64,000 nucleotides of DNA from Desulfurococcales archaeon (GTDB taxonomy: Archaea; Thermoproteota; Thermoprotei_A; Sulfolobales; Fervidicoccaceae): assembly GCA_027014955.1 (NCBI GenBank), contig JALWDA010000073.1, positions 12,926 through 76,925 of the forward strand, in the 5' to 3' direction. A program made the position numbers and the translations under genes. This document shows positions 8,993 to 17,474 of this stretch, piece by piece (position 1 is the first letter of the stretch; every line of letters starts with the position of its first letter). The notes under the pieces are model-generated. The model had not been told where the DNA came from and did no database searches. It worked only from the letters and a program-made list of their open reading frames with translations.

Positions 8993-10714
8993 GTGTTCAG
9001 GGTGTATGTGTTGGAGGCCCGGCATGGGGAGACTTCCAGTGGACTTGAGCGAGTAATAGGGCTCCTCAGGTATATTGGTAAAATGATAATGTTCTCGTCG
9101 TTCATGGTGTTCGTACCCGGGTTCTACTCGCTCTACCGTGACCTAAGAGGGAGCATAATACTAACTCTAGACTGGATGCTCCTCGCGAGCTTGGTAATAC
9201 TAATGTATGCTATTTTTCATAACGTGAGGTCGAGAATAACTAAAACCACCGCAGTAGTGCTAGTTTTTTTCCCTATTGCATTACTGCTTGTATGGCACAT
9301 GCATCCTTTAACATTGTCCCGTCTTAGTGATGTGACGCTTGCTTTTAACCTGTACGGCGCATTCATGATAACTATAGGGTATCTCATGAACAGCCTGTCT
9401 GGTAGAGACATATCCCTCAGGCTTGAGGAGGCCATATTCTTGGTTGCACTCCTATGGGTCTTAATACCTCCACTCGTAGCTGTGCCAGTGTATCTTTTCC
9501 TCAAGATACCATTCATTAACCTATGGTTCGAAAGCGTGAACGGCATGGCAGGAACTGGCCTGACCACGTTCACGGGCGAAGTTGACCCCCATGGATACTA
9601 TGTGCCTTCAGTTGAGGAACTGCCCAAACCTATACTCCTCTGGCGTTCACTTATCCAGTGGGTCGGTGGGATAGGCATTGTTGTCACAAGTATGGCGGTC
9701 CTTGCAAGACCTGGCCTTGGCGTAATTCTGCTAAGCCAAGTCGAGGGTCGCCTGGAGAGGATAGAGCCCAGTATTAGAAAAACAGCGGTCCAGATGGTAA
9801 AGTTCTACACGGGGCTTACTCTGCTTTCCTTCATACTATTCGCGCTGGCTGGAATGGACGTCTTCAACGCTGTTGCACACGCCCTAACAGGTATATCTAC
9901 TGCCGGCTTCTCTACAAATTCGGGCAGCATAGGGGGCTTCAACTCTTTGTCTATCGAGATAGCTGCCATAATAGTCATGTTCATAGGGGCCTCTAATTTC
10001 TATGACATGTACAAATCGCTTAGAAAACCCAGTTTCATTATACGGTCGGTGGAGTTCAGGTTCATGCTTGCCTTGACTGTGGTTGGCATAGTGGTCGGCA
10101 CGTTCATATTGTTTATTCAGGGAGGCGAGTCTCTTGAAACAGCGCTTAGGGCGGCATCCTTCCAAGTGGTAAGCGGTCTGACCACTACTGGCTTCCAGTC
10201 CTATGATCTTTCCGAGGCACCCGTGGCCTTCAAGTTCATGTTGACCATACTAATGCTCATAGGAGGCAGCGTGTTTTCAACTGCAGGCGGAATAAAATTG
10301 TTCAGGATACTAGTAGTCTTTAAGGCGTTCAAAGAGGAAATAAGGAAGATAACAGGGCCCCCCGGGACCATTGCCACATATAGGGTTGGTAGATACGACC
10401 TGGAGGAATCAGACGTCCTAAGAGCAATTCTAGTTGCAGTGTTGTTCCTCCTTATAGCCAACATTGGCCTGGTCTATACCATGTTCAGGCTAGCGGACTC
10501 CTACAATGTGGATGACATATACTTTGACACCATAAGTGCACTCACCAACATAGGCCTTAGCGCCGGTGTGGCGGGAGCATCACTGCCCGATGATGTTAAG
10601 GTCCTTTTCATGACAATGTCAACCCTAGGCCGTCTAGAAATTCTCCCGATACTCGTACTGTCCTTCAAGATAGCGAAGAGCCTGAGGAGAAACATGGCGT
10701 TCAAGAGCCGCTGA
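8993..10714 (+). CDS. trkH: Trk/Ktr-type potassium transporter membrane subunit (TrkH family)
   Basis: 573-aa polytopic membrane protein with repeated pore-loop-like segments (NGMAGTGLTTF, TGISTAGFST, SGLTTTGFQS, ALTNIGLSAG). The start is ambiguous, with in-frame GTG/TTG codons at 8993-9011. Confidence 0.8.
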   Translation: MFRVYVLEARHGETSSGLERVIGLLRYIGKMIMFSSFMVFVPGFYSLYRDLRGSIILTLDWMLLASLVILMYAIFHNVRSRITKTTAVVLVFFPIALLLVWHMHPLTLSRLSDVTLAFNLYGAFMITIGYLMNSLSGRDISLRLEEAIFLVALLWVLIPPLVAVPVYLFLKIPFINLWFESVNGMAGTGLTTFTGEVDPHGYYVPSVEELPKPILLWRSLIQWVGGIGIVVTSMAVLARPGLGVILLSQVEGRLERIEPSIRKTAVQMVKFYTGLTLLSFILFALAGMDVFNAVAHALTGISTAGFSTNSGSIGGFNSLSIEIAAIIVMFIGASNFYDMYKSLRKPSFIIRSVEFRFMLALTVVGIVVGTFILFIQGGESLETALRAASFQVVSGLTTTGFQSYDLSEAPVAFKFMLTILMLIGGSVFSTAGGIKLFRILVVFKAFKEEIRKITGPPGTIATYRVGRYDLEESDVLRAILVAVLFLLIANIGLVYTMFRLADSYNVDDIYFDTISALTNIGLSAGVAGASLPDDVKVLFMTMSTLGRLEILPILVLSFKIAKSLRRNMAFKSR

Positions 10715-10759
10715 AAAGCCTAATTAAACCACGTAATTACACTGAAGGTCTCAAAGTCT

Positions 10760-11518
10760 TTACACGTCTCCGATTATTCCCGATAATTCCCCTAGAGGTG
10801 GAAACTCCATGGAGCTGCCCCCCGGCTCAAATATTATGGGAATGGCCTCCTCGATTATTCCGATTTTCTTCACAATAGGAGATAGGTAGGCAGAGCGGTC
10901 AAGTGTTACGGGGTTACCTGTTTGGTAGTAACCGGCGGCTGGAAGAACTATTAGGGTCCTCCCGTCCACAAGGGGCATGGAAAGGAAGCAGGGATACTTA
11001 GCTACGCTTCCCAGCTCGTCCGAGACTTTTATCGCTGGATGCTCGTGTCCAATAATCACATACTTTGCCCCCCGTGCCTCCTCTTCACTGTACATTCTAT
11101 GACCGTGGACAAGCAGGGTCTCTGAGTCAAGCCTCAGGCTCTCAACAACCTCTACGTCGAACCTGTTGGTTATGATTGTTATGTAATTGTCGTGATTCCC
11201 CCTGATAAGCAAGACATCGCTAAACAAGTCTTTGGCATGGGCGAGGAACTTGGAGACCTCCTCTCGCTCTTGCATCGTGAGTTTCTCGAAAGTATGTTTA
11301 AGGTCACCATCTATCACAAGAAGACTAGCCCCTGTCTCCCTATGTAGCCTATCTAGAAGGTCTAAAGCTTTCTTTAGCTGGAGACGGGGGAGATATACCC
11401 CCTCTTTCGCAGCCTCTGACTCGAAGCCTAAGTGTAGGTCGGCTAATACCAGTGCCTTTTTCCCTCTATGATACATAGCAGGGCTTCCAGGTACAATGGC
11501 CAAGCTACCGTACTTCAA
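10760..11518 (-). CDS. Calcineurin-like metallophosphoesterase (ICC/SbcD-related, COG1407-like)
   Basis: The ordered metallophosphoesterase motifs are present: ADLHLG, DGDLKH, GNHD, GHRM, GHEHP. Confidence 0.8.
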   Translation of the reverse strand: MKYGSLAIVPGSPAMYHRGKKALVLADLHLGFESEAAKEGVYLPRLQLKKALDLLDRLHRETGASLLVIDGDLKHTFEKLTMQEREEVSKFLAHAKDLFSDVLLIRGNHDNYITIITNRFDVEVVESLRLDSETLLVHGHRMYSEEEARGAKYVIIGHEHPAIKVSDELGSVAKYPCFLSMPLVDGRTLIVLPAAGYYQTGNPVTLDRSAYLSPIVKKIGIIEEAIPIIFEPGGSSMEFPPLGELSGIIGDV

Positions 11519-11817
11519 AAGACCTCCCCTTACTTGCCTAATTAGCGGTCCTTAACAATACTTACCAAATTACACATGATGTTTTAGACATGTTTTTGTT
11601 TAGCCTCTTAGGTTGATGTCTAGCGTCTTACAAAAGCAAGCTGAATAACCGCAAGTCTGGGCTCCGTTAGTAAATTGTTTTCCAAGAGAGCCTACTTGGA
11701 GCCATTGTTTTAAAGACTTGCGTAGTAGTATAAAAACGTAAAAGAGACTGGAGTTCAGATGGCTTCGGACAAAGCATAATCACATGGTCAACATTTAGGA
11801 ACACCGCCGTGGAACAA

Positions 11818-11889
11818 GCGTGGCTGTGATGAAGTGGGCAGCCCTTGACCAGCCCGGGATGATGACCCTAGTCTCACACTGAGCAACGC
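11818..11889 (+). ncRNA. Box C/D sRNA (2'-O-methylation guide)
   Basis: C box GUGAUGA (11826-11832), 12-nt guide, D' box UUGA (11845-11848), 10-nt linker, C' box AUGAUGA (11859-11865), 13-nt guide, D box CUGA (11879-11882). The flanks 11818-11824 (GCGUGGC) and 11883-11889 (GCAACGC) can pair at 6 of 7 positions as a terminal stem. It is intergenic, 16 nt upstream of the next ORF. Confidence 0.75.
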
Positions 11890-11904
11890 AAAGACATTGA
11901 GAGA

Positions 11905-12387
11905 GTGGGGCTTTTGAAACGCTCTAAGCACCTTACAGAGGCCAGACTGGTGCCAGGCACTATAGTAATGATAGACCTAGATGACTTTGAACAAGTTACC
12001 CAGACACTTGGCCTAGACGAGTATAAACCCAACTTCGCAACAGGAGAACTCACTAACCTCATAGAAAGTTTCGCGAACAAGAAGAGAGGCGTCATCATTC
12101 ACGGCCTCGACCGCGAGAGGGGGACTGAGGAGGCAGTCATAGAAATACCTTACACAAGTCCCGAGGAAGTTATAAAAGATCTAGAGGAGATAATGGAAAA
12201 ACTGTCATCCATCGGAGTCAAAGCTACGATAGCAGTTGCGGAGGGAATGGTTTCGGCAAGACCAGCTCTCAACCCCAAGGAGGCTTTTAAGGGGACACCA
12301 TGGAGACATGCAGTGTACAAGATGCTACGTAAGATCAAGAGGAGGGGAGGAGGTAGGTTAATAGTATTGGGAGAGCATCCTGTATAA
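11905..12387 (+). CDS. Hypothetical protein with a GGDEF / nucleotide-cyclase-like palm-fold pattern
   Basis: 160-aa ORF. IVMIDLDDFEQVTQTLG ... GELTNLIESF ... GVIIHGLDRERGTEEAVIEIP ... SPEEVIKDLEEIMEKL ... VKATIAVAEG follows the beta-alpha-alpha-beta-beta-alpha-beta order and acidic positions of GGDEF/Cas10 palm domains. The start is uncertain: GTG at 11905, or the ATG at codon 22. Confidence 0.5.
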   Translation: MGLLKRSKHLTEARLVPGTIVMIDLDDFEQVTQTLGLDEYKPNFATGELTNLIESFANKKRGVIIHGLDRERGTEEAVIEIPYTSPEEVIKDLEEIMEKLSSIGVKATIAVAEGMVSARPALNPKEAFKGTPWRHAVYKMLRKIKRRGGGRLIVLGEHPV

Positions 12388-12465
12388 AGTCTATTGTGCG
12401 CCCGCAAGTATATTAGACCCTCCATTATCCTCAAAGGAATGGAGTCTAGAGGGAGGCGGTGAGAG

Positions 12466-12693
12466 TTGAGGGGTTCCAAGAAAAAGTATGTATACATAGA
12501 AACCCCCAGCAGAAAATATGTGAAAGCAAGAGTCATGCTTCAAGGAAGAGAAGAGCCTACAGTAACCCCCACAATGGATGGGAATAGCATAATCATTGTG
12601 GGCAAGCCGACAAATAGGCCCCCCTGGGGATACAAGGTTGTTAAATTCGAAGACCTACCACCCGAGGTCAGGGCCAAGATAGAATACCTTTAA
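12466..12693 (+). CDS. Small hypothetical protein (75 aa)
   Basis: ORF with a TTG start preceded by GGAGGCGGTGAG. It has a basic N-terminus and no recognisable motif. It is convergent with the radical SAM gene. Confidence 0.35.
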   Translation: MRGSKKKYVYIETPSRKYVKARVMLQGREEPTVTPTMDGNSIIIVGKPTNRPPWGYKVVKFEDLPPEVRAKIEYL

Positions 12694-12698
12694 CTGAC

Positions 12699-13742
12699 CT
12701 AAGCGGGCTTTGCTATAAGAATACCGTCCTCGTCGCGAATGATAGTCCCAATAACTACATCCCCTATCCTATAGTTACCCCTCCTGTCTATGAGTGTAAA
12801 CACACGGTCCCACCTGAGTGAAACACCTAAGAACTCTCCTGGTAACCAGCCCTGGCCTACTATAACAAGCTTCACGGTCTCCCCCTTAACGTAGGGTTGG
12901 GGAACCCGTGGGGCGGGCCTAAGCCCAAAGTCCTCGGGCCTTAAGACAAGCCTTACTCCAAATCTTTCCTCAAGCTCTTTCAGCTTGGTGAAAAAATATC
13001 TCCAACTCCACTCCTTTACCCCCGGTATCTTCCTCCCACGGCGATGTATGACATATTTCTGGATGCCGAGTGGAGGATACCTGCGTGATAACTCATTCTT
13101 GATAGCGAACTCCAGGATTTCCTCAATATCATGGTCATTAACACCGGGTATCCACACGGGTGTTATGTGGATGTCTATCCCAAAATCCTTGGACGCGATA
13201 AGTGCCAACCTTACTACTTTCTCTATGTCATAGCTCTGCGTGCCTGCTAGCATCCTCGCCTTATTAGGGTCAAGGCTATCTATGCTTAGGTTTATCCTAG
13301 AAACCCCTGCCTCCGCTAGCTTTTCCAGCAGACTCGGGCTAGCCCCATGAAGACGCGTCTCCAGGGCGACGCTCTCAACTCCCCTTAGGTCGGACACGGC
13401 TCTTATCATATCGGTGAGGCGGGGATGAGCGATGGGATCACCTGCACCGTCAAATAGAACGTGCAGGCTACCCTTATGCGCTATAGCCCTCGAAACCCAC
13501 TCTGCAAGCCACTCTTCATCGTCAACAATGAACTCCAGCACTCGAGGCGAGGAGGGACCAGCGTTAACACTGCAGAATATGCACGAGAGGCCGCAGAGGC
13601 TGGTTATTCTGACCTGGAGGTTGTTATAACCGCGGTCTATAACACCGAACCCAATATGGCCCATAAGGGGGAAGGGCGACCTTATTATGGCAAGGCCTCC
13701 CCTAAGCTCGAGCCCCTTGGTCATTAGTGTTCCCCGGGCCAA
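12699..13742 (-). CDS. Radical SAM protein (archaeal COG2100-like, with a C-terminal beta-rich TRAM/OB-like extension)
   Basis: CX3CX2C cluster motif CGLSCIFC, a glycine-rich SAM motif (FDGAGDP) and a TIM-barrel-like core. Confidence 0.8.
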   Translation of the reverse strand: MARGTLMTKGLELRGGLAIIRSPFPLMGHIGFGVIDRGYNNLQVRITSLCGLSCIFCSVNAGPSSPRVLEFIVDDEEWLAEWVSRAIAHKGSLHVLFDGAGDPIAHPRLTDMIRAVSDLRGVESVALETRLHGASPSLLEKLAEAGVSRINLSIDSLDPNKARMLAGTQSYDIEKVVRLALIASKDFGIDIHITPVWIPGVNDHDIEEILEFAIKNELSRRYPPLGIQKYVIHRRGRKIPGVKEWSWRYFFTKLKELEERFGVRLVLRPEDFGLRPAPRVPQPYVKGETVKLVIVGQGWLPGEFLGVSLRWDRVFTLIDRRGNYRIGDVVIGTIIRDEDGILIAKPA

Positions 13743-13752
13743 GAGTCACCAC

Positions 13753-14274
13753 CTAGACCCTCCAGGAGCTAGGGTTGCTCACACCCATTATATACAAGAG
13801 CACTGTCCTCAAGTACCCCCTGTCATCGTAGAACCTTCTGATCTTGAAGGGGGCCCAGCCCGGTATCGGGAAATCCAATGTGACTATCCTCGAACCTTCC
13901 CGAAGTTCCATTTCATATTTCCTAGAGAGGCGTTCATTAATGCTTGTATATAGATAGGTGTAGACTACATCCGCATCATTCAGCTCTGCTTCCATGAAGT
14001 CTTTACACACTACACTAACCTTCTCTGCCACTCTATTATAGATAGCATTGGCCTCGGCAAGTACACACAGGTCGGGCTGGACCTCCACACATACACCCTG
14101 CGCGCCCAGGTGCTTGGCGGCTATTATGGGTACTCTGCCATCCCCGCATCCTAGGTCGTATAGGGTTTCTCCAGGCCTTACATCAGCAACCGCCAGCGCC
14201 ATGGCGATCGCTTTCAAGGGGCTTGAGATGAATGGAGCGTGTATGGGCAATCCTTGTTTGACCTCCTGTGCCAC
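13753..14274 (-). CDS. Class I SAM-dependent methyltransferase
   Basis: Motif I LYDLGCGDGR, followed by an acidic post-I residue (CVEV) and the DVVYTYL motif. It lies 10 nt upstream of the radical SAM gene on the same strand. Confidence 0.8.
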   Translation of the reverse strand: MAQEVKQGLPIHAPFISSPLKAIAMALAVADVRPGETLYDLGCGDGRVPIIAAKHLGAQGVCVEVQPDLCVLAEANAIYNRVAEKVSVVCKDFMEAELNDADVVYTYLYTSINERLSRKYEMELREGSRIVTLDFPIPGWAPFKIRRFYDDRGYLRTVLLYIMGVSNPSSWRV

Positions 14275-14346
14275 TGCTCCCTGTTTTTCTAAACCTTTGG
14301 CTTAAGGTAACTGTTATATATAGCTAGGTGTTTGAATGAAAAGTAG

Positions 14347-14372
14347 CTCCACCATCTGGTGGAGTATAAAAG
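14347..14372 (+). promoter_or_regulatory. Perfect 8-bp inverted repeat abutting a TATA box, upstream of the ABC binding-protein gene
   Basis: CTCCACCA-TC-TGGTGGAG (14347-14364) is immediately followed by TATAAAAG (14365-14372). This places the palindrome at the BRE position, about 70 nt upstream of the ATG at 14443. Confidence 0.4.
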
Positions 14373-14442
14373 AGACCTATATATATTCCCGTCTTCGTGT
14401 TAAACATTAGTGCAGGGGTACAAACCCCACTGGGTGAGAAGT

Positions 14443-17187
14443 ATGAGTCCCAAAAAGGCATTCTCCCTGCTACTAATCATTGCAATGATAGCACCACTCG
14501 TACTGGCAATACCTTCGGCACAGGCACAGGAGGAAGGCGACCCCAACTGGGTTGACATAAACACACTGACACCCGAAATAATGGCCGACGAGCGGTTCCA
14601 GTTCAACCCGCTTGGCGTTAAGGAGATACGCTATGCGCTGAACCTGCTCATTGACAGGAGCCTCATCGTGGACAACATAATGGAAGGAAGCGCCGACGCA
14701 ATGCTAACAGCACTTCGACCCAACCACCCAGCATACGATATAATCGACGTGGAGGCGATCGAGGAAGAGTATGGACTCTTCCCAGCGGGAGACGTTGACA
14801 CGGCAGTCCAGGTCTATATGGATGCCCTAAAGAAGCTCAACGAGACCTACAGCGAGTATGGAATGTACCTGGTTTTCAAGAAGGGCGAAGATGATAAGGA
14901 GTGGCTGTACTTCGTCAAGCCAGACGGGACGGAACAGCAGGTCAAGATATACTTCATAATAAGGATAGAGGATGAGAGGAAACAGATAGGAGAACAGATA
15001 GCGGCGTGGATTGAGGAATACTTCAAGATAAAGGTCGAAAAGGTTGAGAAAGAGAGAAGCGTGGTCACACCAATAATCTACGGAACCAACCCAGCAAGCT
15101 ACGGGTTCGACACCCATCCATGGCACATATACACCGAAGGATGGGTCAGCATGACCGATGACCCGCCCTACTATGCAAGATATGACGCAGCCTTCTTCTA
15201 CGCATCGCTAAGAGGCTACGGACCCAACCACAGGGTCACCGACTGGTGGTACTACTACAACCCCGAGTCCTACGACCTAGGACTAAAACTCTATTTTGAA
15301 ACATATACACCCGACATGGTAGACCAGCTGTGGGAAGACATCAGGAAAATGCTAGAAATAGGAATACAGGACAGCATAAGAGCCTTCATAACAAACAACC
15401 TCGAGTACTTCATGGTTAACTCACAGGACGTCGACATACCAGTATATGGCAAACAAACGGGCCTGTGGAGCGCCTGGGGTCTGAGGACAGCTACAGCGCA
15501 GGATGGCACCATAACTGCACTGGAGTTCAGCAGCACCGGAGCCCTATTCATGAGCGCGTGGAACCCCATCTTGGGCTTCAACGATGTCTACAGCAGCCTA
15601 ATATGGGACCAGGTCCACAGCTTCGGCATGTACCCGCACTTCGAGACAGGCATACCCACGGAGACCACGGCGTCCTACAGTGTGACAACTGACTATAACA
15701 AGGATGACGAGGGCAATATTGTGGGCAACCTCCAGGTACCTGATAACGCCATTGTCTTCGACCCCGTCGAGAACAAGTGGATACCCATAAACCAGGCCGT
15801 GGCAGAGGGCAAGACTTACATACCAGGTGTAGAGGACCTGGCAAACGCCGGGGGCAAGGTGCCTGTCAAGGTAGTCTTCAACTACGCTCCCATAAAGTGG
15901 CATTACGGTGAGGACTTCAGCATATTCGATGTGCTCGGCTCTATGGCCTTCAGCTACGAATGGGCCGTTGACGATTCCGAGATAACGGGAGAGCCTGACC
16001 CGTACTACGACGCCGAATATGCAACCAACGCATACCAGGTACTCAGCCTCATTAAGGGTATCGAAGTCGTTAACGACACTGCCCTAGCAGTGTATACCGA
16101 CTATATAGACGTGGATCCAGCACTCATTGCATACTCAGTGCTGATGTATGCATCCATACCCTTTGATCTACTAGCGTCCATGGAGAAGCTGGTAGTCGAA
16201 GACATGGGAGACACCAACTACGGTTGGACCACAAGAGAAGAGACAGGAGAAACGGGCGTTGATATGTTGATACACTACAATGAAATAAAAACAAAGGCTG
16301 AAGAACTAGCGGCTAACCCGGAGATATACTACTTCAATGGTCTAGAAGACCTCGGCATCAATGTCAATATAGACCCTGCTGCAAGGTTCTCGAAGCTAGT
16401 GGAATGGATAAACAGCCGTGGCCATGCAGTAGTTAGCAACGGTCCATTCTACGTTGAAGAGTACAACCCTGATGCCAACTACTTCGTGCTGAAGTCCATA
16501 GAAAACCTAGGATTCGATAAAATAAGTTACATCGGAGTAGACATGCAGGTGCCAAACGTTGATACAATCGAGTTCAAGACCGTCACCACGCAAGAGGCTG
16601 GCATTGAGGCAATAAAGAGTGGAGAAGCAGACGTGTTCCTATGGAGCATGAGCAGGGCCAAGATAGGTGACATACCTGACACAGTCATGCTAATACCAAC
16701 GAGCTCCACCATGTACAACCTAGGATTCAACCCAGTGAGCAACGTGTATGACAGCAATAAAGAAGGAACAGTACCGCTGAAAGACAAGGAGCTTCCAGGC
16801 CAGGTCATACCAGGCCTGGTACTCTTCAATCCGCAACAGGTACTACAAGAGTATGCAACCCAGACCCCAACAGAGACTCCTACAGAAACCGCAACACCAA
16901 CACCCACACCAACAGAGACCGAGACAACGCCAACCCAAGAGACGACCCCGCCTCAACAAACACAGACTCCTACGGAGACCCAGCCACCTACACCAGGAAC
17001 GGTCACTGTAACAGTGACGCAGACCGTTACTCAGACGGCAACTCAGATGCAAACAGTAACCCAGACAGCTACTGTAACAGAAACTGTCACAGTAACTACA
17101 GGCGGTGGCAACACGGCGCTGATAGCGGGCGTGGTCATCGTAATAGTGATTGTTGCAGCGGCTGCTGCTTTAATGAGGAGACAGTAA
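14443..17187 (+). CDS. ABC transporter substrate-binding protein, family 5 (peptide/oligosaccharide type), C-terminally membrane anchored
   Basis: Signal peptide MSPKKAFSLLLIIAMIAPLVLAIPSAQA, a large SBP_bac_5-like body, a Thr/Pro-rich stalk, a TM segment (ALIAGVVIVIVIVAAAAAL) and an MRRQ tail. A GTG at 14410 is also in frame. I prefer the ATG at 14443, which is preceded by GGTGAG. Confidence 0.85.
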   Translation: MSPKKAFSLLLIIAMIAPLVLAIPSAQAQEEGDPNWVDINTLTPEIMADERFQFNPLGVKEIRYALNLLIDRSLIVDNIMEGSADAMLTALRPNHPAYDIIDVEAIEEEYGLFPAGDVDTAVQVYMDALKKLNETYSEYGMYLVFKKGEDDKEWLYFVKPDGTEQQVKIYFIIRIEDERKQIGEQIAAWIEEYFKIKVEKVEKERSVVTPIIYGTNPASYGFDTHPWHIYTEGWVSMTDDPPYYARYDAAFFYASLRGYGPNHRVTDWWYYYNPESYDLGLKLYFETYTPDMVDQLWEDIRKMLEIGIQDSIRAFITNNLEYFMVNSQDVDIPVYGKQTGLWSAWGLRTATAQDGTITALEFSSTGALFMSAWNPILGFNDVYSSLIWDQVHSFGMYPHFETGIPTETTASYSVTTDYNKDDEGNIVGNLQVPDNAIVFDPVENKWIPINQAVAEGKTYIPGVEDLANAGGKVPVKVVFNYAPIKWHYGEDFSIFDVLGSMAFSYEWAVDDSEITGEPDPYYDAEYATNAYQVLSLIKGIEVVNDTALAVYTDYIDVDPALIAYSVLMYASIPFDLLASMEKLVVEDMGDTNYGWTTREETGETGVDMLIHYNEIKTKAEELAANPEIYYFNGLEDLGINVNIDPAARFSKLVEWINSRGHAVVSNGPFYVEEYNPDANYFVLKSIENLGFDKISYIGVDMQVPNVDTIEFKTVTTQEAGIEAIKSGEADVFLWSMSRAKIGDIPDTVMLIPTSSTMYNLGFNPVSNVYDSNKEGTVPLKDKELPGQVIPGLVLFNPQQVLQEYATQTPTETPTETATPTPTPTETETTPTQETTPPQQTQTPTETQPPTPGTVTVTVTQTVTQTATQMQTVTQTATVTETVTVTTGGGNTALIAGVVIVIVIVAAAAALMRRQ
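16858..17100 (+). repeat. Coding low-complexity Thr/Pro/Gln/Val repeat (probable O-glycosylated stalk)
   Basis: Translation TQTPTETPTETATPTPTPTETETTPTQETTPPQQTQTPTETQPPTPGTVTVTVTQTVTQTATQMQTVTQTATVTETVTVTT. The nucleotide level shows imperfect ACN-rich repeats. Confidence 0.8.
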
Positions 17188-17205
17188 AATAAGCCTCACC
17201 AACTG

Positions 17206-17212
17206 TTTTTTT
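17206..17212 (+). terminator. Oligo-T tract after the binding-protein gene
   Basis: A T7 run lies 19 nt after the TAA stop. Archaeal termination commonly uses oligo-T. A 287-bp AT-rich spacer separates it from the permease genes. Confidence 0.4.
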
Positions 17213-17474
17213 AAGACCATATTAAATAACGTTTAGGACCTATTCTACTACTTTTTGTACATCTTGAACGCGATACAGTAGGCTCTATATCCCTAAACGA
17301 TATAATCGAGTCTAGAAAGAGCCTGACTCAACTGATTTTTAAGTTACAATGTTATAACAATCTATGGCTTTATTGGTTTAGAGAATAAGCTTTTATCTCA
17401 CTTGGTTGTAAAAGACACTTGATTTAAAAGGCCTTGTTTATGCATCGATAGACTGGGCGGCGAGTGGTGTAAAA

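Noticed and set aside
16858-17100. Repetitive ACN/CCN-rich DNA that might have been a tandem-repeat or CRISPR-like array.
   Set aside because: It has no constant repeat/spacer periodicity. It is in frame within the binding-protein gene and translates to a Thr/Pro/Gln stalk.
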